64,000 nt of DNA from Geosiphon pyriformis uo1 (lineage: Eukaryota > Fungi > Glomeromycota): assembly GCA_016748015.1 (NCBI GenBank), contig JAAOMT010000741.1, positions 186,001-250,000 on the forward strand. The letters are read 5' to 3'. How positions within the stretch are numbered: the first letter of the stretch is position 1; the number at the start of each line of letters is the position of its first letter. Below are positions 1 to 12,739 of this stretch, piece after piece. The notes under the pieces are model-generated. The model was not told the DNA's origin. It made no database searches and saw only the letters and a list, made by a program, of their open reading frames with translations. The position numbers were made by a program, and so were the translations under genes.

Positions 1-2
1 AT

Positions 3-536
3 TCGTCACCTCGAGCTAATGCTGCCCCTTATTCATTAAAAACTTACACTTGTTCATTTGCAACTTGTGGTCGTCTCTTCAAAAGACTCGAACATTTGAA
101 GCGTCATGTTCGTACACACACGATGGAAAGACCTTATTCTTGTCAAGTTTGTGGCAAAAGATTTTCAAGATCAGATAATTTAGCTCAACATCGTAAGACT
201 CACGAGAGAGGAATGAATAACTCTCCAACTCCTTCTGATGATGGTTCTAATTCTGATCTTGGTTATGATGATGTTGTTGTTGTTAATAACAACTCACCTG
301 TGAATAACGATTGTTATACCTATGAAGCCACCAATGTTCCCACCGTGGCAGATCTTACTTCATCATGTGTTCCGGAAGGTCTTGTTACTTCTGTGTATCA
401 TTGTAACGAGCAACCGACCACCACTTATAACCATCCTCATCTTCATCATCATCATCAACACCATCATCAGACACCATATTTCGGTTTAACGTCACCTTTT
501 TTGGAAGCTAGTGTTGGTAATGGGATTCTTGTGTAG
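3..536 (+). CDS. STE12: Ste12/SteA-like transcription factor, C-terminal tandem C2H2 zinc fingers (5' part outside window)
   Basis: Frame 3 reads [55 protein letters not shown], the C2H2 pair typical of filamentous-fungal Ste12 proteins. The STE domain is not in the window. Confidence 0.75.
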   Translation, partial: SSPRANAAPYSLKTYTCSFATCGRLFKRLEHLKRHVRTHTMERPYSCQVCGKRFSRSDNLAQHRKTHERGMNNSPTPSDDGSNSDLGYDDVVVVNNNSPVNNDCYTYEATNVPTVADLTSSCVPEGLVTSVYHCNEQPTTTYNHPHLHHHHQHHHQTPYFGLTSPFLEASVGNGILV

Positions 537-763
537 AGAAAAAATTAAAATGTGCGCAATCATCGATTGGAATCTATCAGGGTTTTTTTGATGCATATCT
601 CTGTGTCTCTGTGTGTGAGAGAACCTTTGTGGAAAAGGTTTTTCTTTTTTATTATTCAAGATATTTTTGGGCTGGGTAAAGGGCTGGACTTTTTATTTTT
701 ATATATATATATATTGGCGAAAATTTTTTTATCTTCATAAAGTTCTTTATTGTTTATAGCAGG

Positions 764-820
764 ACAACAACAACAACAACAACAACCACAACCACAACAA
801 CCACAACAACAACAATAACA
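764..820 (+). repeat. (CAA)n/(CCA)n microsatellite
   Basis: acaacaacaacaac... run downstream of the STE12 stop. Confidence 0.9.
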
Positions 821-912
821 AAACCATTATAACCGAACAAAATCAACAGAAATTTAGGGTATCTCTGTTTCTTTTACATCAATATCAAAATACTTTTTTT
901 CTTCTTTTCTAG

Positions 913-2248
913 TACTTTTTTTTTTTTCGAAACCAGAAAAATGACAATATTCATGACGACAGGCGCGTCTTTTTTCAAAATTTTCAAAATTTCCGATTTA
1001 TATCTTATACTCATTTATCAATTACATACGTAAAAATCCTTGAATATTGTCTTGTAACATTTTCACAACGGGGACAAAATCAACAGTGTGAATGACATTA
1101 TTAATGTCAACGTTTCTTGTCCTTTTTCTTTGGGGGGAACGTTTTTTGTACCATAAAAAAATGTTCAGTGCGCTGTTGGTCACACTATATGGAGGAAGCA
1201 CTGAACATTCTGTTTTTTGTTTTTTTGTTTTTTTCGATATTTAATATCAAAAATTAGCTCTTTTATCAAAAGTTAAACAAAAAGAATTTCGGAAACGAGC
1301 GATTCATTTTGTTTTGAAAATTCATATTGCAACCGTCAACCTATAAATCAGACCACATTCAACATCCCCAAAACACTTGTAATTATCTTCCCCTTTTTTT
1401 CGATTTTTTGGTTGTTCCTACCGGTGAAGATGCTTCGAAACAAAATCGATCGAAAACTTCCCTAAAAGTAATAAAGTTTCTTTTAGTAATATACTTTCCT
1501 TTAAATAATGAAATTATTCCTTGGAGTCCCCGTCGTGTAAAATATCAATACATGACATCTCTAATGTATATAAATATATATATATTGTTATTTTTCAAAG
1601 CAGTAATTGCTGGACAATTTCATTTACCCTTTTTTTTAACATCCTCTTCCCTTTTTCCTCTCGCTTATACATATTTTCAACGGTTTTTTGATTCGTGGTG
1701 TATGTGTTTTTATATGGGGATCTATGTGATTTTTTTTTTCTTGGGTTTTTTATGGTGTTTGTTTATAAAACTGTAAGTTTATTTCTTTTTCCAAATTATA
1801 ATTTAGATTACGGTAAAAATATATGTTGTTTTTCTATTTGTCAACAATCTCGTTGTCATTTGTTTCTGTAAACAAAAGTGGTTTTTTTTCTTTTTTTGTT
1901 TTTCTTTGACCACGAGAAAATGGAAGAAAGTTGGTGTTATGGGACTTTTCTTGTTGAGAGAAGGTTTTGATACGGCAAAAGACGCGGGAACTCTATTTTT
2001 CTAGTTGAAATTCATGGACCTTGATTTCACTACCAATCATCATTTTCATTGATCTCAAATCGAAAATGTAATCCCTAATCTATCCAGAAACACCTCGTAA
2101 TCTTGACCAAAACCATCTCTGAAGCTTTCCTTAGACGCTTACTTGCATAAACAACAATAACAACAACAACAACAACATTTATTTTCAAAATTTCTTTGTC
2201 ATTAAACCACACGAGATCAATAACGTGGTCAAGGACCAAAGAAAAACA
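913..2248 (+). ncRNA. Candidate large structured RNA (lncRNA or very long structured 3'UTR)
   Basis: Nested, colinear long-range complementary segments (934-947/1853-1868; 1323-1376/1704-1825; 1897-1914/2224-2248) and many local hairpins. G-U pairs favour the + strand. Confidence 0.5.
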
Positions 2249-3412
2249 CCATTAATCAACCAAGTGAAAAATTTTGCAATTTCACATAAATCTCGCTCTG
2301 TCCGATACTTTTCCCCTTAATCACATACACCGACAAAAAAAAAACTCTTCTTTTTGCATCGGTTTTTTGTAACTCTTTTTTTTACCATTTAAATTAATCT
2401 TGGGGTTCTTATCCAGATTTTTCTCTCATTAGAAAAACAAAATTTCTTTTTTTTTTTTTCTCTTTTTAAAATTCTTTGTAATTAAGTAGCAAAATAAAGC
2501 GGGTTATTTTATTTTTATTTTTATTTTTCTTATATTCAATAGCAGCACCAATAGCAACATTTATTTCTCTCGAAGACCAATAGAAACAGAAGCACAGACA
2601 ACAATATCTTTTCCAAGAGAAAAAAAGGGTCCTTGAAAAGTTAGATTACGCCGCAAATTTGAGTTGAGATAATTTGTTAAAATTACTAGTGCGTATTGAA
2701 TTGGCAAAAAAAAACAACCCCCATCATAGAGAGATAAAAAAGAGTTAAAATTATGTATCTACTACAAGTTTTTGACTGGTTTCAGTCTAAATTTATGTTT
2801 CTTCCTACTTTTACCTTCAACTTCACCCGACAAAACTTACCCTTTTTTTTTAAATTAGAAATTACTCTATATGGTACGGTACAAATTTTTGACACAACAC
2901 TTTTTTTCAAACTTACACGTAGCATACCTCTTGCAATCAATCACAAATATAGATAAGAAGAAAAATTTTTTATTTTGATATGATATTTGTCTCCATGTCT
3001 CCAATGTTGGTTAAAAAAACCAAACCAAACCATATTAAGGAAAGGGTTATTCTTTTTCTTAATTATGCAAAAAGTTAAAGTACTCTGTTGTTTTTTTTGT
3101 TTTTTTTTTTTTTTTTTGCCAAAAGACTCACATCATTACATCATTTTTTGCTTAAAAAAAAATTTGAAATTTGGTTATCATAAAGTAAATAACCATCGTC
3201 GCCGTTGATTGCCGTTATCTCTTTTTTTTCTAAATCTCGGGTGTTTCTCACCATCCATAATAAAATGATATCAACATACGAAGATTAATTGTTTTTTTGT
3301 TTTTTTTTGAGTTTTGATAAGAATTTTTTTTATATGATTTAATTGACAAGAAGGTATGCGTATATCGCATTTTTTTTAACAATTTTTTTCTATCTTCTTT
3401 TTTTCACAAAAA

Positions 3413-3449
<37 letters not shown>

Positions 3450-3509
3450 AAGTTTTTTTTTTTTTAGAAAAGCCAAATAAAATTGGATGTTTAAAGTTTA
3501 CAATTACCA

Positions 3510-3785
3510 ATGTTATTCTATGCCGTGATAACTGGATCCAATTTTTCAAGGATTTTGAAATCCTCATCATGGCGTGTATCTTTTAAACCACAAGAATCAT
3601 CATTCTACTCCTATCGCAATTTATACTCCTCCTCCTCCTCTTCCTCTTCCATAACTTCAGCTACAACTGCAGCATTCTTTTTTTCTTCGACCTTCCATCA
3701 ATTAATAAACCAACAACCATCATCATCAAATTCAACAATTATCAATGTTCCATTCATAATTTTCAATACCATTAATAATGATAAT

Positions 3786-3818
<33 letters not shown>

Positions 3819-4497
3819 AAAAATATTAGTACAAAGTATACAGTGAGATCATTAAACAAAAGTTTTGTATACAAACCTTCTTCTTCCCCTGCCCCTGCTT
3901 CTACCTCTGCCTCTGCCTCTCCTATCTTATCCACATCCAATGAAAAATCACCACCCCAATTAATGATATTATTGGGATGGTTCAACTCTACACCAAGATA
4001 TCTTCGTCATTATGTCAATATTTATACGGATGTATTTAAAGTTGATACCCTTACACATATTCCACCATTTTATCATCCCTTCTTACCATGGACATTAATG
4101 CCACATATACGTCGTTTAGCACATGATTTATTATCATATTGGGCTGAAAATGGTCGTCCTGAGGTGGGTTTTCATGTATTTAGTAATAATGGTGCCTATC
4201 ATTACGCCTTATTATTTCATGCCATTCGAGAAATTTCCGCTTCGATGCCAACTGGACATTCAGAGACTTTGACTTTGACCAAAATTCATTCTATAAACAA
4301 GAATAATATATCACGTGATGCTACATTATTTTTAAATTCGATAAAAACTTGTGTAATGGATTCGGCTCCATCCCCTATCGTGCCAAAATATGTTGCAATG
4401 GGAGTCGCTGGTGGATTTCTACGTCCTGCATCTCAATCCAGTTCAACCGTGACATATTCAGAATCTTCATCGATAATAAAGAAAAATAACGATTATG

Positions 4498-4542
<45 letters not shown>

Positions 4543-4889
4543 GTAATAATCCTAATATCATCAAACGAGTTCCCATTAAACCACCTTCCTACCTTACCTC
4601 ATTCTTAAACTTTTATTTCTCTTTGAAAATTACCAAAAAATATCAAAGATTTGCACATGAAGCGATTAATAATGTCCCTGGTGGTCAGGTTCGTTACCTC
4701 TTCATCTATAGTCGTGATGATCAAATAGTTCCTGACACCGAGGTAGAAAATTTTATGAGAATGTTACGTAAAGAACGTGGTGTTCGTGACGTGATTGGTA
4801 AAAAATTTTCTCAAGGTAGCGATCATGTACAACATTATATGAGACATCCGAACGAATATTTGGAATCATTACGCGAATTTTATTATTAA
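3510..4889 (+). CDS. DUF829/TMEM53-like alpha/beta-hydrolase-fold protein with poly-Asn/Ser insertions
   Basis: Intronless 459-aa ORF with LMILLGWFNS, FHVFSNNG, VMDSAP, YLFIYSRDDQIVP and SDHVQHYMRHPNEY motifs. Confidence 0.85.
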
Positions 4890-5383
4890 AATCAATTTCA
4901 TTACCCTTACCCAAATTCATGATCACTCAAAAAATTGTAAATGGGTACTTTTTGCTTTGACGTATTTAATAATAATAATAATAATAATGTGAACTTTTTA
5001 TTATGATTTCAATTTAATTATTGATATCGGAAAAATCTTTTTCATTAATTTATTATTATTATTTGTTTGTCTATTTGTTTGTTTGTTTGTTTGTTGGTTG
5101 GTTTATTTTAGCGTCTAATAATAACAAACAAGTATTATCCTGAATTTGTACCACAGTATTAATAAAAGATAATATAATTAAAAAAGTTTCTATCCTTCTA
5201 TATAAAATATACAAATTGTCTAGTTATAAAAATCCTCCCTAACAGGTAAATGTAATATGTGGGTCTTTAGTAAGGATAATAGGAGGGAGTATATTAAATA
5301 CACGGCAAAAATTATTGATTATATTATTACCATAAATTAGTCACCAAGCTAATCTAACCCAATCCATATAATAAATAATTATA

Positions 5384-6299
5384 TTAATGTTTATGAAAGC
5401 AATTATTACAACTTCCCTTCTTAAACACATTTGGTGAATAATCATCACAACCACATTCTTGGCAAGCTGCAACTAATTCTGATGTGGTTACTGCTGATTT
5501 TCCGAAATAGTCTTGGGGTATATAGGAATTGTTAGATCCACCTGGTGGGGAGATTGCTTTTGGTGAATTGCTAATCATTGATGAACTTTCATTCGCCCTA
5601 GAGGTCCGAGGCAGTGTACGAGATGATAATGTTGGAGAATCACGAGATGGAACTGGTGGTTTGGAATTACGAGATGGAATTGGTGGTATTTTAGCAGGTG
5701 ATCCAGGTCTTTGAGATGAATTAGATTTTTGTGACGTGTTACTACTACCAGTGTTATTATTCTTATTACTTGATGATTGTATATAAGAAAATCGTTGGGA
5801 AGAGGAACGTAATTGTTGATTGGGAAATGAGTTATGACGCGATGAAGTGGATGGTTTCTTTGGCGGAGGTAATTTAACTTCTTCCTCCTCCTCCTCCTCC
5901 TCCTCCTCCTCCTCCTCTTCTGCATCTTCTGGTCCTTCCTCTTCAGTTTCCTCTTGTTCTTCAAATGGTTCTTCAACGTATCTATCACTGATAAATTTCA
6001 AATCAGAATCATCATCAGGTGATGACTGTCTAGAAACAACACTGGTAGTTCCACGTGGAGGTACACGAGGTTCTCGTTCAACTAAAACTTCTTTGGTATA
6101 ATTGGCTGGAAACATTCCACTTTTTGTGTTACCATCAGACTCGGTAATTTCACCGATCCACCACCCTTCATCAATTTCCTCTAGAACAGTGATTATGTCC
6201 CCGCCTTCCATAGCTAACTCATCTTCTCCCTCACCCTCATAACTATATAGGGCTCTCACCTTTTTCTTTGGTGTCGGAGAAGATGTGTGCCCTGATGAA

Positions 6300-6331
<32 letters not shown>

Positions 6332-7962
6332 AATCTCGATTTATGAAATTTGAATAGTTAAATGGTAAATAAACCGAGTTTTTAACTACCTGCTTTTGAA
6401 GGTGTATTTTTTTTTACATTATCTAATGACTTTCCAGATGATGCTCCTAAAGTGCTCTTATTACGTGTTTTAGAGCTAGGAACATTAATACTATCTGATT
6501 TAGATGGTTTGGATCGAAGAGTTGATGATCTATTCGGAGAAGCAACTTTTCTCCCTTTAAGCCGATCCCTCCCTGAATTAGAGGAGCGAACACTGTCATT
6601 ATCTGAATTTTTTCTATCATCAACAACAACAACATCCTCAGCATCAACATCAACATCAACATCAACATCAACATCATCATCCACGTCTGACCGAGAATGA
6701 CTGGATTCCCGGGTATTGTTTCGTGCCGGAGTACGTCGTACTGAAAATTTCGAATCACTGTTTGATTTTTGAATATGAAGTAGTAAATTTAAATTTTTGT
6801 TGCTCATTTTTAAGAAACAAAGAAAAAGCGAAATTTTAATCGAGAGAACCTTTCAACCCAGTCTTTCCGAACTGTCGATAAGATTTCATAACCTTTTTTA
6901 AAAAATTCTAATTGTGCTTCAAGAAATGCCGTGAGTTCTTGTACATACTGACCCTATCAACAGAAAAAAAAAAGATGATATTATTATTAAGTGCGAATCA
7001 ATGTATCCCCCTAAAAATACTCAAAGGAAAACTGATTACCTCTGAATCATTAACCATGGCCATTTTTTCATTAATGTCATCCCTAGTTTCTTCGTATTTT
7101 TGTTTAGCGGCACGCATCTCTTCCTCCAATTCGGGTTTTTCTTTTTTTGATTTTTGTACTTTATTCAATTTGGCATCATAATCTAGTCGTCGTGATTCCA
7201 GTTTACGTTTCAAAGCCTAGAAATATTTTTTGAGCAAACTAGAATTTTTAACAATGATAACACTATACTTGATTACCTGATATTGTCTTAAATCTCCAAT
7301 TGTAACATCAAGCCCATCCAGAAATTCTTCTCGAACTCGAGTCACATATTCCAACTGTGCACTCGCGACCTTTTCATTTGCAATACCGAATCTGACCAAT
7401 GCCGAACCTGATAAGATATAATAGAAATTATGAGAAAATGAAATAAAATCTTTATAAATTTGATCGTGATATGACTCACCATATGGGGAATCTGTGCCAA
7501 TTTCTTCACCATAGACTCTCATGGTGGATCCAAGTGATTCGATAGGTAACGTTTTGGTTTTTTCCTCAATAGAATCCTTTTTTTTTGCTAAAATCATTAT
7601 CACAATTGATTTAGTGTTAGAAATGGGACACCATTTTTATATTTCTTTAAAGATTGAGTGGGCTAAGTACACTTACATATTGTTTTGAGATAGGTGTCTG
7701 TTGCAAAGTGAAGTTTATCAAAACCGTTGTGCCTCATGTCAGTCTTCTGTTGCAGGTCTTGAAATTCATCAGTGGTCTCGGTCTTTTGAGTAGATCCCAA
7801 TCTTTCGTTGGTCCACTAAAAAAAAAAAGTTCATTCTTTTCGATTACGAAAACGCACGACCAATAGATCTACCTTGGAAGCTCCAACATAAAAAAAGTGA
7901 TAAAAGAAAACCCATCCCTGAACTTAATTTACCTGTTTGAATTTACCAATATTTTTTTTCAT
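5384..7962 (-). CDS. BAR-domain + SH3 protein (endophilin/Gvp36-like) with C-terminal Cys/His motif; multi-exon
   Basis: ATG at 7962 (MKKNIGKFKQ|WTNERLG...KTETTDEF), RKLESRRLDYDAK BAR helix, SH3 ALYSYEGEGEDELAM...GWWIG...GMFPANY; GT-AG introns. Confidence 0.85.
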
Positions 7963-8379
7963 TTTGCACCAATATTTTTACAAATTTTGAGATAAATAAT
8001 GAAATGAGAGCTTATATTTTCAAAGGTTTCTTTATGAATAAAAAATTTTTGGGTACAATCAATTTTTCAAATAGAATGCAAGAAAGTCTTTGTCGATTAT
8101 TGTTAGTAGTTAAGGGTTTTTTTTTAATAATAATGATACAACGATGATACAAATTGATCGTTACAAAAACCTGAAAAGGAACGGAGGTTTACACATTTAG
8201 TGCTACCAATGGCTTTATTGTGGGTTAATGCAGTATTTTTGATGCATAGGATTTCTCACGAAAGCAGGCTTGAAGCCTGAAAAGAGGCGGCATTTTACCA
8301 ACAAATGGTAACAAAAAGATCACTGGTACTAATTCATCATTTAAAGTGCATGAAAAAGTCCAATTTTTCTCTTATTGAA

Positions 8380-9753
8380 TTATCTTGGAACCGAAATAAA
8401 AAGTTGTGGAGTGTCTAATACAGCAGTAGGTGTACTTAGACTAGTCCTTAACTCATCATCTCTTCCCGTTTGTTCAATATCACCATCAGAAATTCGTAAT
8501 CTAAGCGATCCATGCTCATCACGTCCTTTTAGCAAATCTTCAATATGTGAACTGATGAGTTTAATAGCGGGAATATTATCAGCCCCTCTGGGTATAATTA
8601 CATCGGAAGTTTTTTTCGTCTATTAATATTAGAGAGAAAAGATGGTTAGATTGGATATTTTTTTTTAGATGCAAAAAAACATTTTTTTAATTAATTAATT
8701 ATGAATTTACAGGTAATACAAAATCTTCATAAGCTGGTTTTACATATTTTAAATATTGATTCAAAACGTATTCCAAAGGATGATGATGACGTTTTTCCGT
8801 GTCTTGAATCACTTTAATTATTTTTCATGATTAATAAAATATTTCTTGATCTTTCATCCTTCATTGAAAAAAGTAAATCATAATATTTAACTTACCTCTC
8901 TGTGCTAATCTTGTGTCGCTGTCAACGTCGACAAAAATTTTCATGGATAAAGAATCACGAATTCTTTTCTCATATAAAATTAAAATTCCTTCGAATAAGA
9001 CGACATCAGGTTGATAGACTGATATCGCTTTTAAATCTCTTGATAAAAATAAAAAAGAATTAATTAATTAATTAATTTTAAATTAACAGTGAATGAAATT
9101 TTTCTACAAAGGAAATACTTAAATACCTTTTTCTAGTGTAGAAATTATAAGTGGGCAATGTCACCTTTTTTCCTGATTTCAAATCATCAATGATCTTTGC
9201 AACGAGATCAAAATCAAACGCGTCTTTGGGAACCAGAAATCAGATACCAGAAACAAATGGTGTTGAATAATTGAAAGTGCCGTACTTTAAAAACTTTTTT
9301 CTTCGAATAAATTTATTAGTACTGACCAGGATGATCGAAATCAAATTCTCCTTGTTCGGCCAATCTTTTTTCATCTTCATTGAATTCTCGGTAAAAATCC
9401 CCCAGACTAATTACAACCACTTTACGACCAACTTTTACGTGTTTAGGGAGAAGCTTATCCATAATCATATTGCATACTGTTTTCTGTTGTATTAAATGAA
9501 GAGAATTTCTTTAAAATATAAATATGTGATTGAATAAAACTAAAAAATGATTTTTAATTTTACAATTTGAACTTTCAAATCAAGGTTTGATAGAAGTAAA
9601 CTTTTAAACAATTAAACCAGTGAATGTTAAAAAAAGTTTTTGCCTTCATACCTTTCCACTGGCTGAACCTCCAGCAACGCCTATTAGGAAGGGCGACCGT
9701 GTGAATGAACTATTTTCGTCGTCTACATTAAAAGGAGTTGGATCGATGGACAT
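8380..9753 (-). CDS. URK1: Uridine/cytidine kinase (no UPRT domain); 6 exons
   Basis: Spliced reading gives [14 protein letters not shown]|KTVC, FDFDHP|[46 protein letters not shown]|[15 protein letters not shown]. Confidence 0.9.
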
Positions 9754-10305
9754 GATTTCGCCTAAAGAATTTTTAATTTCCTACATTTAAATAATCAATA
9801 AATAAACTTTGTTTTTGTATTTGTCATAATATTTTTGCGAATTTCTCACGTGGTAATCACCGATACCCAGAACTCTGGGAGATTGACTATTACAAAACAA
9901 ACAAAAAAAAATTTCCAACGGGTAATAGCAAGAGTTTAAAATTATACTTTAATTTTTTTTTATGAAATAGGGAAAAAAAAAAAAATTTTTCAAAAAAATT
10001 ATAATTATAACTTTTATGTTAATTGTATTTTTTGTATTAATTATACTTTATATATATATATATTTTGAAATTTTTATTTAAAATTAACAAAATTATAAAT
10101 AAAAAATTATTTTTATATTATGTTTAATTATAAATATTATACTTGTTGTAATAAAATATTTAAAAATTAATTGTGGGAAAACCAATTAAATCAAAGGATG
10201 CAATATCGATCCCCCGGGAACCTGAGAATTGGAAATATCAGCAATTTTTTTATGAATTTTCTGAACCTTCTCTCTTTCCACCTTTATTATATTTAACTCT
10301 ACCTA

Positions 10306-10753
10306 ATGGTAAAACTAGCGTTTGTCGGACCTTTAGCTTCCACTACTTGTGCCGGTTTAAGTTTTGCTGGCATCATATTTTTGGTTAATAAATAGACATT
10401 TTTTTTGATCAAGTTCGTTAACATGCGTCAACTTACTAATATCCAAATTACGTTTACTGTTGTCACTATACAAAAGCTTATTCTTGGTGCTCTTTTTGAT
10501 GCTGAAGTTGAGGGTCTCACTGAATCTAATTCTGACCCAGATAATCCTCACATAGTAGCCCAAACCTGTTACCTTGCGGCCTTGATTTATGGTGGCTTTT
10601 TTCTAACGTGTGGCTGTCAAGTTAGTAAAGAGAATTTTTATTTTTATTTATCTTCAAACCTTTGAACTTAACTTCAATATCAATATATACTGTATATATA
10701 CACAAAAGGCCCTTGTTCATAAAAAACAATCTCGCAGTCAGATTAGATTATAA
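10306..10753 (+). CDS. V-ATPase V0 subunit f (RNASEK / yeast YPR170W-B family); 3 exons
   Basis: Spliced: MVKLAFVGPLASTTCAGLSFAGIIFL|LILGALFDAEVEGLTESNSDPDNPHIVAQTCYLAALIYGGFFLTCGCQ|ALVHKKQSRSQIRL*. Two TM helices and the DP..VA.T.YLAAL.Y..F..CG.Q pattern. Confidence 0.85.
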
Positions 10754-11276
10754 AGTTAAGTATCATTCTGTCAAATATATATATATATATATATATGAAA
10801 TTTTAATAAACTTTAACGAAACTCGCATTTCAAATGATTTTTTCTTTTTAAGATAATATTTCAAGTTCTCTTTTACTCTCAAACCAAATATGATCAAAAA
10901 AAAAAACAATTTTCGTTTCTCTTTTTCATTCTGAAAGAGGAACGTGCTGATGTGTTTCTACACTTTGGATGTGTCTTATTTACCAGCTTCGGGATCTTTG
11001 ATTATTTAATAAATGAAAAGAAATATCAACTTTCTCCTGCTTAAATAAAACTTGAATAAATTTTATTGGTAAATTTTGGAATACTTTGATTGAAGAAAGA
11101 CCCTTATTTTTTTTATAACTTGAAAAAAAATGCTGTTTATAGAAAGTGACATTTGTGAATGTCTTCACATATCCCAATTTAAAAGATTCCCGAGACCAAT
11201 CATTCTTTAGTATCTTCAATTAGATAATGGATAATTAGTTGTCGCTTTTCAACTTACAAGTAAAAATCTACTCCTT

Positions 11277-12739
11277 ATGGAATTCCTCTACTTTAACGCT
11301 AATAACGGTTATCTGGAAGGAATCGTTCGTGGTTATAAAAGTGCCCTTCTCAATCAGACCCATTATTTAAACCTGACTCAATGCGAGACTTTGGACGGTA
11401 AAAACTTTTTCTTTGGAATTTTAATTTTAAAATAAAATCACAACTTACTAGAATTTTGGATTGTTTTGCTTCAAAGATTTGAAACTACAATTGAGCGCAA
11501 CTGATTATGGAAACTTTCTTGCAAACGAACCCTCACCAATTTCAACTTCGACTATAGCCGACAAGGCTACCGAAAAGTTGGTTGCCGAGTTTAACTATGT
11601 TCGTTCTAACGCCATTGAACCCTCCTTATCTAAATTTTTGGAATATCTGACGTATGACATTTAAAACTTTTAAAACAAAATTTATTTGCTTTTCCTGAAC
11701 AACCACCTCCTTTCTTCTTCAAAAGGTATGCTTATATGATCGATAACGTCATTCTCTTGATAACTGGGACTCTGCACGAACGTGATACCCATGAATTACT
11801 TGAGCGATGCCATCCTCTTGGGGTATTTGATTCGATGCCAGCTCTTTGTGTTGCTACTAATGTAGCCGAGCTTTATGATACGGTTTTAGTAGAAACACCT
11901 CTAGGTAATATGACCCATATATAAAATATATTTATTATTGTCCTATTGAAAAAAGAATTTTACTCAACTTTTTGATTTTTAATCAATTCTGCTTCGTTCC
12001 GTTTACGATTAGCCCCCTATTTCAAAAACTGTATCTCTGCGAACGATCTAGATGAATTAAATATTGAGATCATTAGAAATACACTGTACAAAGCTTATCT
12101 TGAAGATTTTTATAATTACTGTAAGGAGCTTGGAGGCACGACGGCTGAGCTCATGAGTGAAATTTTGGAGGTAGATTTATTGGCTTTATGTAAATTATCT
12201 CGATTTTTAATTTTAATTTTTAATATTACTTATTTGTATAAAAAGTTTGAAGCTGATCGTCGCACAATTAATATCACCATAAATTCGTTTGGTACTGAGT
12301 TATCGAGAGACGATCGTGCAAGACTTTTTCCAAGTCTTGGGCGATTATATCCAAATGGTCAGTTTAAGCTTGCACTTGCAGATGATATAGAGCAAGTAAA
12401 AAGTGTTGTTGAAGTTTGGGTGGTAAGTTATTTTCCCTTTCATTTTGAAAATTTTTATTCTTAATTCTGAATTTTCCTCATTTATAAATTTTTTCATAGG
12501 AATATCGCCAATTTTTTGAGAATTCGCTCCACGGATCTGATGCTAAAACACTTGAAGACCGATTTTTCGAATATGAGGTTCATCTCAATAGATTAACCTT
12601 CCAACAACAATTCCATTATGCCATTTTTTATGCCTTTCTCAAGTTGAAAGAGCAGGAAATAAGAAACATTTTGTGGATTGCCGAGTGTATCAGCCAGAAA
12701 CAGAAGGAACGAATCAATAATTATATACCGATATTTTAG
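11277..12739 (+). CDS. VMA6: V-ATPase V0 subunit d; 6 exons
   Basis: [106 protein letters not shown]. Confidence 0.95.

Noticed and set aside
1327-1776. 149-aa ORF (TTG start) in the STE12-DUF829 interval
   Set aside because: F/L/I-rich product of T-rich DNA with no motifs; the region is better explained by RNA base-pairing
3698-6758. Several overlapping ORFs (3698-3985, 5529-5714, 5575-5988, 5847-6101, 6447-6758, 6452-6700)
   Set aside because: Shadow frames of low-complexity parts of real genes
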